The translations under genes and the position numbers were made by a program. This document shows, one piece after another, positions 46,471 through 55,300 of a DNA stretch of 64,000 nt (position 1 is the stretch's first letter; each line of letters opens with the position of its first letter). Source of the stretch: Roseibacillus sp. (GTDB taxonomy: Bacteria; Verrucomicrobiota; Verrucomicrobiia; Verrucomicrobiales; Akkermansiaceae); assembly GCA_965242925.1 (NCBI GenBank), contig CBDEUM010000022.1, positions 239,993-303,992 on the forward strand, written 5' to 3'. The notes beneath the pieces were generated by a model, which did no database searches, had not been told where the DNA came from, and saw only the letters and a list, made by a program, of their open reading frames with translations.

Positions 46471-47587
46471 GAACAAACATTTCATGCGCATGCGCGATTC
46501 GCTCTTTCTGGTCGCCGTCTCAGTTGCAATCCTTGCCGATCCGTCCGCTGCCGCGGAACCAGCCCAGGGAGCGACGAAGAATCTTGATCTTGGAAAGGGC
46601 GTTGGCCTGGAAGTGGTCTACATCCCACCGGGCAAATTCATGATGGGCAGCACGGCGGCAGAGAAGGCTTGGGCCACCGGAATCGAAGGCGGGGCACAAC
46701 CGGGAACGGACCGCGAGAAGTTTGAGGGCGAGCCGCGACCGATGCGCGTTCGAAAGGGTTTCTGGATGGGACGCACCGAGGTCACGAGGAGACAATTCCG
46801 GAGTTTCGTGGAGGAGTCGGGTTACGTCACGGATGCCGAGAAGCCGGGCGGGATGACGCAGTGCTTCGATCATACATGGGATCGCTACTATTCCGCTTCG
46901 GGAATCAAAAACCCGTGGAAACCGATGGCGGACAAGAGCTGGCGTGATCCGGGTTTTGGAATCCCGATGAAGGACAGTTACCCGGTGGTCTGCGTGAGCT
47001 ATCAGGACATGAAAGCGTTTTGCCGGTGGGCGACAGAACGAGAGCGCAAGGCCGGGCGACTACCCGCAGGCATGGAAGTCCGCCTGCCGACCGAGGCCGA
47101 ATGGGCCTACGCCTGTCGCGGCGGCAGTCAGGAAAGCCACTACTTTTGGTGGGGAAACGATCTCAGGGAGGGCAAAGGGCGGTTCAATATCTCCGCCGTC
47201 GATTTCCTTCCCGGGCGCGACACGGTCTGGCCCTTGGCAAATGCTCCCTGGAGCGATGGTTTTGCCTTCCTGTCGACCGCGGATCACTACGGGAAGAAAG
47301 GCCGCAACGGCTTCGGTCTCGCGGACATGTGCGGTGGGGTGTGGGAGTTCACCCTCGATCACTTCGATCCGAAGGGCGGGCACGAGGAGGTCCACTACCT
47401 GGACCAGGAACAGCAATCGGTGTCGCATGCGGTCTGCCGCGGTGGCAACTACTTCGACGTCCCCGGCAACGCACGCTGTGCCGTCCGGCTCGGCATCGGG
47501 AGCGTGTCCTATTCCGACTCCCGGGATGGATTTCGGATTTGCCTGGGCACGCCAAGGAAGAGCACGCCCGTGCCGCCAAGACCTTGA
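46469..47587 (+). CDS. Secreted SUMF1/FGE-sulfatase domain protein
   Basis: IPPGKFMMGS, FWMGRTEVT, PVVCVS, RLPTEAEW.YACRGG, NGFGLADMCGGVWE, RGG and GFRI motifs. Confidence 0.9.
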   Translation: MNKHFMRMRDSLFLVAVSVAILADPSAAAEPAQGATKNLDLGKGVGLEVVYIPPGKFMMGSTAAEKAWATGIEGGAQPGTDREKFEGEPRPMRVRKGFWMGRTEVTRRQFRSFVEESGYVTDAEKPGGMTQCFDHTWDRYYSASGIKNPWKPMADKSWRDPGFGIPMKDSYPVVCVSYQDMKAFCRWATERERKAGRLPAGMEVRLPTEAEWAYACRGGSQESHYFWWGNDLREGKGRFNISAVDFLPGRDTVWPLANAPWSDGFAFLSTADHYGKKGRNGFGLADMCGGVWEFTLDHFDPKGGHEEVHYLDQEQQSVSHAVCRGGNYFDVPGNARCAVRLGIGSVSYSDSRDGFRICLGTPRKSTPVPPRP

Positions 47588-47787
47588 TTTCGTTTGCCCG
47601 CGCTTCTTGGTCGCTTTCGTCGCACATATCTCCACGCCAGCTGACTAAGTTTGCCGCTTGGATAGTTCCCAAACCTAACGGTAGCTCGACCCTTTCTACG
47701 TCGCGATATTCCCCAAGAGCCTTCTGCTCTGTGCTACGGTCACATCCAGATCATTTGCATCGATGGGAGTAAGCCTGTCGGCGATTC

Positions 47788-47964
47788 GGGGCCGTCCTCC
47801 GCGATCCCGTGACGGGAGTGACCCTCGACTGGAAACAGGTGGGCACCAAGCTCCCGGCCACCGCCCTGGGCACGTCGCTTGTGATCAAGTTCCGGCTCGA
47901 TAGCGACGACTTGTTCCACTTTGCCGCCTGCTACCCGGACGATTTCGAACTTACCATCCCATAG
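47788..47964 (+). pseudogene. Orphan C-terminal fragment homologous to the C-termini of 58049-60616 and 60787-63288
   Basis: GAVLRDPVTGVTLDWKQVGTKLPATALGTSLVIKFRLDSDDLFHFAACYPDDFELTIP* aligns without gaps to LAVIETDITGFAGDWEKVTKAIPAAALGKSVKMEFRLQSDGDFHFPGWYIDDVVITVP*; in-frame TAA at 47770. Confidence 0.8.
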
Positions 47965-47989
47965 GGCCTGGCGTGGCAGAGGATCTTGC

Positions 47990-49486
47990 CTACGCCAGGA
48001 TCTCCTTCACCACGTGGCCGTGCACGTCGGTCAAGCGCCGCTCGATCCCGTTGTGGTAGAAACTCAGTCGTTCGTGGTCGAGCCCCAGGATGTGCAGAAT
48101 GGTCGCGTAGAAGTCATAGACGGTCACCACGTCCTTCACTGACTTGTAGCTGAAGTCATCGGTCGATCCGTAGCTGAAGGGCGCCTTCACCCCTGCCCCC
48201 GCCAACCAGGTCGTGAATCCGCTCGGGTTGTGATCGCGACCGCTCGCTCCCTGCTGGAAGGTCGGCATGCGCCCGAACTCGGAACAGAAGACCACCAGGG
48301 TGTTTTCTAACAAGCCACGCGTTTTGAGATCTTTCAGGAGGGCCGCGGTCGGTTGATCAAGGACCGGCCCGTGAATGGAATACTGCTTCTCGATCACCTT
48401 GTGCCCATCCCAGTTGCTCACCCCTTCGCCGCCGGTTTGGTAAGCGCCATTGAAGAGTTGCACGAAGCGCACGCCCTTCTCGATCAAGCGCCGCGCCAGG
48501 ATGCAGTTGCGCCCGTAGGCCGCCCGCAAGTCCGCAATCTTGTTGCCCGCTTCGTCCGCTCCGTAGGCCTTGAGAACGTGCGCAGGTTCCTTGCCCAGGT
48601 CGGTCACCTCGGGAATGCTCAGTTGCATGCGGGCCGCCAGTTCATAACTGGCAATGCGGGCCGCCAACTCGCTGTCCCCTTTATAGTTCTCGAGGTGCCG
48701 CTTGTTCTGGCGCTCGAGGAAGGCCCGCGTGGCATCGTCGGTCGACTTGGTAATCCCTTTCGGGATGGCGAGGTTGCTCACCGGCTTGGCCGCGTTGAAG
48801 GCCGTGCCCTGAAAGGCGGCCGGAAGGAATCCGGGGCCCCAACAATTCACGCTCGACTGCGGGGTGCCCCGCACATCGGGGATGGCCACATAGGCCGGTA
48901 AATCCTCGGTCTCGCTTCCCAGCGCATAAGTCGCCCACGCCCCCGCACTGGGAAATCCATCCAGGGTGAAGCCGGTGCACATGAAGTTCTCCCCCGGACC
49001 GTGCGTGTTGGTCTTGCCCACCATGGAGTGGATGAAACACATCTCGTCCGCCAGCTCCCCGAGCTGAGGGACCAACTCCGAGACCCTCTTGCCACTCTGC
49101 CCGCGCGCCTTGAACTCCCACGGGCTCTTGGTCAGGTTCCCCTGTGCACCCTGGAAGGTGATCAACTTGTCCGCTCCCGGCATGGGCTGCCCGTGCCGCT
49201 TGATGAGCTCGGGCTTGTAATCGAAGGTGTCGACCTGGCTGATCGCCCCCGAACAGAAAATCATGAGGACCTGTTTGGCCTTGGGAGCAAAGTGCGCCTT
49301 GCGCGGAGCATGCGGATTGGCGGCTTTGATCGGCGGCCGAATAGGCGTCTTCCCAGGCGCACTCTCACGCTCCGCCGCCAGCAGCCCATCGCGGCTCAGC
49401 AAGGATGCCAACGCCACGCTTCCCAGTCCGCTCGCGGAGTGGGAGAGGAAATTGCGGCGATCTAAGAGGTGGCGGGGACTGGTCAT
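47990..49486 (-). CDS. DUF1501 family protein (Tat-exported, PVC-type)
   Basis: Tat motif [41 protein letters not shown] and GRDHNP motifs. Confidence 0.93.
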   Translation of the reverse strand: MTSPRHLLDRRNFLSHSASGLGSVALASLLSRDGLLAAERESAPGKTPIRPPIKAANPHAPRKAHFAPKAKQVLMIFCSGAISQVDTFDYKPELIKRHGQPMPGADKLITFQGAQGNLTKSPWEFKARGQSGKRVSELVPQLGELADEMCFIHSMVGKTNTHGPGENFMCTGFTLDGFPSAGAWATYALGSETEDLPAYVAIPDVRGTPQSSVNCWGPGFLPAAFQGTAFNAAKPVSNLAIPKGITKSTDDATRAFLERQNKRHLENYKGDSELAARIASYELAARMQLSIPEVTDLGKEPAHVLKAYGADEAGNKIADLRAAYGRNCILARRLIEKGVRFVQLFNGAYQTGGEGVSNWDGHKVIEKQYSIHGPVLDQPTAALLKDLKTRGLLENTLVVFCSEFGRMPTFQQGASGRDHNPSGFTTWLAGAGVKAPFSYGSTDDFSYKSVKDVVTVYDFYATILHILGLDHERLSFYHNGIERRLTDVHGHVVKEILA

Positions 49487-49497
49487 CTCATCGTCCC

Positions 49498-49562
49498 GTA
49501 GCAGAACGCCTCCGCGTTCCGATCTCGCTGCGTCCCTCCGGAAGGGGAAGCCCTTCCGCTAT
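49498..49562. repeat. Inverted REP-like doublet (REPIN-like)
   Basis: gtagcagaacgcctccgcgttccg (49498-49521) and an inverted copy whose reverse complement is atagcggaagggcttccccttccg (49539-49562). Confidence 0.6.
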
Positions 49563-49596
49563 TCGATAATCTGCGTCCTTTCACGTCCATCTGCGG

Positions 49597-52329
49597 TTAG
49601 AAAACAAACAAGAACTCATTGGTATTCAACATCGCACGACAGAAAGCGACCATCCCGTGCTCCTGCACGAACTGCTTCGCATCCGCCACTTCTTCCCCGT
49701 TCGCCTCCCGCCCATAGAGAATGCGGTAGGCTTTTCGCAGCGCGCTCTCCCCACTACCCAAGCGCGCCACCATCTTCTCCGCCTGCTGCATCGTAAATCG
49801 GCTATTCAACAAATTGAGAGCCTGCAATGGCGTGGTCGAACGACTGCGTTTCGGAATCACCTGGTTGCCATCCGGACAGTCGAAGGCGCCAAAGACCGCA
49901 TCCTGTTCCTGGCGAATCTTGAACATGTAAACCATGCGGCGCCACTCGGCCGGACCGGTCTCCTCTTTCGGGTGATAGTGCACCACGTTCTCACGATCGA
50001 CTTCGAAGAGATGAAAACTCGGCCCGCCCATCCTGCGATCCAGGGTCCCGGCCGCAGAGAGAATGCTGTCGCGAATCGCTTCCGCTTCCAAACGCCGCGG
50101 CGGAAACCGCCACAGGAAGCGGCCCCCGGCATCGATGCGTGTGGCATCCTCATTCGGCCGACTGGCCTGCTGGAAGGCCTCCGAGTTCAGCATCCATCGC
50201 AGCGCCTCCTTCACCGACCAGCCATTCGCCACAAACTCTGCCGCCAGCCAATCCAACAACTCGGGATGAGTCGGAACCGTTCCATTTCTCCCAAAATCGC
50301 TCGGGGTATCCACCAGGCCCGTTCCGAAAACGAACTGCCACAGGCGGTTCACCGCCACACGCGCGGTGAGAGGATGATCCGGTTGCGCGATCCAGTTTGC
50401 CAGGGCCACCCGCCGTTCCCGCTCCGGCGCATCCATGGCGAGCTCCAGGCTCCCAATGACCTCCAGGGCATCCGGTGGAACGGCCTCCCGCTTCGCCACG
50501 GGATCGCCCCGGTAGAGCCGATGAGTCGCCCCGGGCTGCGAAAAGTTCGCCACCCAGGCCTTCGGTCCATTCTCCAGGGCTGCGATTCGTCCCCGCAGGG
50601 CTCCAGCCGTGCTAAGCAGTTCACGGGCCCGCGCTGCTTTCTCCGCGGGTAACTTCGCAATGAAGGCACTGGGATCCGCGTTGCCGCCGGCAAAGGGCTC
50701 GCGCTCACCGGAGTGTGCCACCACCTTCCAGTCGACCCCGTCGCCCGAGAGCTCGATCCGGTACTCCACTGCCACCCGATCGCTAAAGCGCCCCTCCCGG
50801 TCGCGGGCCCACTCGATGCGATTGACCTGGTGGGATTTGGTAAATTCGATCTGCACCCATCCCTGGTCCTCGCTCGCGATCCAACTCCGTTCATTGCCGA
50901 ACTTGCCATCATTGATGTGTTCCAGTTTGTGAATGGGGTGGCCTGCCAGCGATCCCGAAGCACTCGGTTTACCTCCGAGCGCCACGTTCTCGCCACTCGC
51001 GGAGAAAACCTGAAGTTCGTCGATGCACGGCTGCGAACTATTGGTTCGATCGATCGCAAAGCGCACGAACTTGGCGGAGGAAACGGCAAAGGACTCCACG
51101 TTCCCGCGCGCAGTGACCGGCGGCCGCTTGGCCGAGGGCGCTTCCTGCGACTTGGTGGCCAGTGCGCGCAACTCCCCAAGCTCCGCTTCGCTCACCTCCA
51201 GGGTCTTGCGCAGCGCCGCAGCCTTCTCCTTCGCAGAGCTGTCCGTGAACACCTTGACGGGCCGCGCGCCAAAACCTACTCCGGCAAAGATGGCCTGCAT
51301 CGAATAGTAGTCCTTCTGTGTCACCGGATCGAACTTGTGGTTGTGGCAACGCGCACAGCCGATCGTCAGCCCAAGAAAGGCGGTCCCCGTCGTGTTGATC
51401 ATGTCCGCCAGTTCGTCCTGCCGTTGCATCAGGGTCAGGTTCACATCCGGGCTCTTCACGATGTCATACGGCCCCGCCACCAGGAATCCCGTTCCGATGT
51501 CCGCCCCCAGCGCGTCGCCCGCGATGTGCTCTTTCACGAACTGGTCATACGGCTTGTCCTCGTTGAACGACTCGATGACGTAGTCGCGAAATCGGAAGGC
51601 GTTGGGCCGCTCGCGATTTGTTTCGAATCCGTTGCTCTCCGCAAAGCGGATGATGTCCAGCCAATGCCGCGCCATCCGCTCGCCGTAGTGCGAATTCTCC
51701 AACACGCGCTCCACCAACACCGACCACGCTTTCGGTGAGTCATTCCTCACAAAGGTCTCCACCTCCTCCGGAGTCGGTGGCAGCCCCAGCATCACCAAAT
51801 AGAGCCGGCGAATAAGCGTCCTGCGATCTGCCCGTTTCGAAAACGTCAGGCCCTTCTGCTGCAACTTCTCCTTGAGATAGGCATCCACCTCGGCATGCCT
51901 ATGCTTCTTCGCCACCGGCTGAAAGGACCAGTGGTCCGTCGTCAACTTCACGACTTCCCCTCCCGGCAGCTTCGCCCCCTGGTCGATCCACAAACCGATC
52001 TTCTCAATCTCGTCCTTGGAAAGCGCATCCTTCGCCTTGGGCGGCATGGCCTCCTCCGGGTCGCTCCGGCTCACTAGTTGGAAGATGAAGCTCTCTCCCC
52101 GCTTGCCCGCCACGAAGAGCGGCTCCCCGGAATCTCCTCCCTTGCGAATGAAGGCAGGGGTATCCAGCCGCATTTTCGCTTTCTGCTTCTCGGGCCCGTG
52201 ACAATTGTAGCAGTTCGCCTCGAAAATGGGCTGAATGTCCTTTTCGAATTCAACCGCTCTCTCCGCCGAGAGGGGGTGCGGTAGCAGGAGCGGAGCGACT
52301 CCTATCAACATTGATCTGCCAATCTTCAT
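49597..52329 (-). CDS. Planctomycete cytochrome c + DUF1549/DUF1553 (PSCyt/PSD1) protein with an inserted discoidin-like domain
   Basis: CYNCHG, HWSFQP, YGERMARHWLD, CARCHNHKFD, PTHPELLDWLA, RRLEAEAIRD and TTPLQAL motifs. Start may be TTG 52371. Confidence 0.92.
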   Translation of the reverse strand: MKIGRSMLIGVAPLLLPHPLSAERAVEFEKDIQPIFEANCYNCHGPEKQKAKMRLDTPAFIRKGGDSGEPLFVAGKRGESFIFQLVSRSDPEEAMPPKAKDALSKDEIEKIGLWIDQGAKLPGGEVVKLTTDHWSFQPVAKKHRHAEVDAYLKEKLQQKGLTFSKRADRRTLIRRLYLVMLGLPPTPEEVETFVRNDSPKAWSVLVERVLENSHYGERMARHWLDIIRFAESNGFETNRERPNAFRFRDYVIESFNEDKPYDQFVKEHIAGDALGADIGTGFLVAGPYDIVKSPDVNLTLMQRQDELADMINTTGTAFLGLTIGCARCHNHKFDPVTQKDYYSMQAIFAGVGFGARPVKVFTDSSAKEKAAALRKTLEVSEAELGELRALATKSQEAPSAKRPPVTARGNVESFAVSSAKFVRFAIDRTNSSQPCIDELQVFSASGENVALGGKPSASGSLAGHPIHKLEHINDGKFGNERSWIASEDQGWVQIEFTKSHQVNRIEWARDREGRFSDRVAVEYRIELSGDGVDWKVVAHSGEREPFAGGNADPSAFIAKLPAEKAARARELLSTAGALRGRIAALENGPKAWVANFSQPGATHRLYRGDPVAKREAVPPDALEVIGSLELAMDAPERERRVALANWIAQPDHPLTARVAVNRLWQFVFGTGLVDTPSDFGRNGTVPTHPELLDWLAAEFVANGWSVKEALRWMLNSEAFQQASRPNEDATRIDAGGRFLWRFPPRRLEAEAIRDSILSAAGTLDRRMGGPSFHLFEVDRENVVHYHPKEETGPAEWRRMVYMFKIRQEQDAVFGAFDCPDGNQVIPKRSRSTTPLQALNLLNSRFTMQQAEKMVARLGSGESALRKAYRILYGREANGEEVADAKQFVQEHGMVAFCRAMLNTNEFLFVF

Positions 52330-52367
52330 GCGAACCTGGGAAAAGTCTGCTCTCCATGGACCGAAAA

Positions 52368-55300
52368 TCAAGGCAACGATAGAGTGAGTTGTTCACGAGC
52401 AAACCTCCTCACCCCGCCTGCCTGCACGTCCTCAAAGACCAGGGTCTCGGTCCCATCCCCCTCGTCGATGGGATCTCCAAGGGGCACCAGAACGGAGTTC
52501 CAGGTCGCGAGATCACTTCCAAACCCGGCCGCGATCTGGAGATCAACCGCATTTTTAGCAACTCGCACCCGCAGACGCAGTCGATCCCCAACCAACTCTG
52601 CGGTGGGCTGGAAAGCAGCGGGGAGCGGCAACCAGGGATCCAACCCCGCGGCGTAGTTCCAGATGTTCGCCATCCCGTCGCCGTTGGCATCGCCCAGCGG
52701 ATCCGAGATCGCGGGCATCGCAAGCTGCTCGGGAGTGAAGTGCTCTCGCTGCCACCCTGCAAACTGGATCGAGAAGCTGCCGTCGCCCCCATTTGGAGTT
52801 CCTCCCGCTTGCCCACTCAAAGCCCAGCCCTCCGCGGTGTTCCAAGTTGCCAGTGCGGCATTCTCATCCCGCACCACCAAGGAGCATCCTCCCCCATCAG
52901 CCGCGGAGTACCAGGTGTCCGCGAACGTGAAATCGTGAATGACATTTCCCGAGACATCGCGCAACTCGATCCGTTCCCCGTCGTTGCTCAAGGCGTCGGG
53001 GTCGAACTCCCCCAAGATCGGAAGGCCCGGTCCATGAAGCAACTCGAAGGCCGTGCGATCGCGTACCACCAGGCCGAAGGCCCCCGCGTTGATCGTGGTG
53101 TTGTCCGGAACGGTGAAGGTGATCCCATCCGCGAAGTGCACCCCGCCGATCGCGAGCGACTGCACCCCGATGTTTTTCATCTCCACGAATTCGGTGGCGT
53201 CACTGCCAGCCGGGTTGAAATGCAGTTCCGTGATTCGCAAAAAGTCCACCGGTTGCGGTTCGGTCGAGGTGCTCGTGATGGTGAGATTGGCCGTCGCCAA
53301 CTGTGCCCCGCTGAAGTCGTAGATCCCGAGCTGGATGTCGTTCGGCCCCGGCAGAACCGGAACCTGCAAGCGCCAGGTATCATCGTCGATCCACTCCAGC
53401 GGCAAAGCAGTCTCGCTAGGAGCCCGTGCAGGTCGATTCAGGAGCCGGATCTCGCGCACGTTGATCCACCCCTTCCCCTCCAGCACCGCCTGCGTTCCTC
53501 TCACCGAGAAGCCCTGACCGTTGTTGGTGGTGATCCGGAAGGGAACTTCGCGCGGAAGCTGGTTCAGGGCATGGTTTCTCCGGCTCCTGATGTAATTAAG
53601 CTGGCTGGCAAGATTGGCCCCCATCACGCTCCCGTAGTGTGTCATCCAGGCACTCATGTAGCTCCCATTGTAGGTGGTGCTGACCAGATCATGCACATGC
53701 CCCCAATAGAGACGCCGGAAGCGCGGAATATCGACCACCCGCCGCAGATTGCCTCCCCCCGGCAACATGGAAGCGGAGGTGCTCGAGCTGAACACAAAAT
53801 CACCGTCCCAGGGCAGGGCCACCACTTGGCCCAATCCAGGGGGTGCATACATCCTGATGTTGTGCCGCAGACCACCGTTGACAAAGGTGTCGCCGATCCC
53901 GCAAAGCAAGGTCAGCGCGGTGTAGCGCATCCATTCATCGACATCCATGACCGACTCGATCTGCGCATCCAACTCCGCCGTTGGCAGCGACATCGTCTGA
54001 CAAAACGCCATCAAGGAGGCATAGTCGTCACGCCGGCGACCCGTGCGGATCTCAAAGGAGGTTCGGTAATCTTCCTTGCTGTCCCCCAGGTCGCGAATGT
54101 CGGTTCCAATGTGGGTGAAGGGCACCGGCGACTTGAGACCTTCCACCGAGCCCGAAGTCGGGTCATAGGTGATATCCAGATTCATGACGCTCCCGTTACC
54201 TCCGTTCTCGAACTGCGTCGAAGTGAACAACGGACCGTAGCGCGCCATCTGCAGCATCGCGATCCCGGTATAAGTCGCACTCGGACCGATCATGTGCACG
54301 AGATCGTCATACATGCAGGGCACCCCCGCGTGATTGAACATGTGCTTGATGTACATTTCATCCGGCCGGCGACTAACCGGCGAGCGGGCCGAGCGGTCTG
54401 CTCCGATAGAACCATGCACGCCACGGAATAACTGGTCATCCGGAAAACCAATGCTGAAACTTCGCACCGAGCTACCATCCCGGGCACGTCCGGCACCGCT
54501 CCCTCGCAGCCGCACGCCCACATCATAGGTAATCTTCTCGCGATTGTAGATCGCGGTGCCCCCGAGGCGTTCGTTGCTCATCAGGTTCAGGTTCTGCAAG
54601 AGGAAGTTGCGATCGGAATCGAGCATGATGAGCCGGATCTCCTGCAGCCCCCCCCCCGTTCCCTGGCCATCCTCGACCTGGATCAGAGCGCGCGAATCAG
54701 GGCCGGCAGCCGGGGCCATCGAACTCGCCCCAAGCGCGTCGAGGGCCTCGATCCAAAACTGAATCACGGTGCCCGCGCTGGCGCCCGGAAGGACTCCCGT
54801 CCCCTTCCCGTCGGCGCCTACCAAAAAATCATGGGTCTGCTCCTGCCCCTCGTCGTAACGCGCCTTGAGCACCAATTCACCCAACCCATCAGGATCGGAG
54901 ACATCGGCACGAATCGTGATTCCCGACCCCGCAGCGGGAACGGGCGGATCATGGCGCAGTTCACTAACCGTGGGTCCGATGTTGCCCTCCGCCCGTGAAT
55001 TGACCGCGCCCGGCGTGCCGCACTGCTCCGGCCGCTCAAGCGGAGTGGTGCGCGCCAGCCGCTGATAGTAACAACGCGAATTGAGCTGATTCGCCCCTGC
55101 CAACCAGCGAGCCCGGAACGACACCTCATAAACCTGTGCGGAGGTGATCGAGGTGTTGTTGATGAAAGTCGTCTCAAGATGGTTGTGCCGGGTGTCGGTT
55201 GCCCCCGTGGCGATCAGATGCAGGACTCGGTTTCCTGGATTGCCGGGTTCGCCCACAACTTTGCTGTGCCGGTGATTGCCAATGATCCGCCAGGCATCCG

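Noticed and set aside
46469..47587. True formylglycine-generating enzyme or DGR target
   Set aside because: Lacks the RGGSFLC..SYC catalytic Cys pair (has RGGNYFDVPGNARC), and no template repeat of its 3' end was seen.
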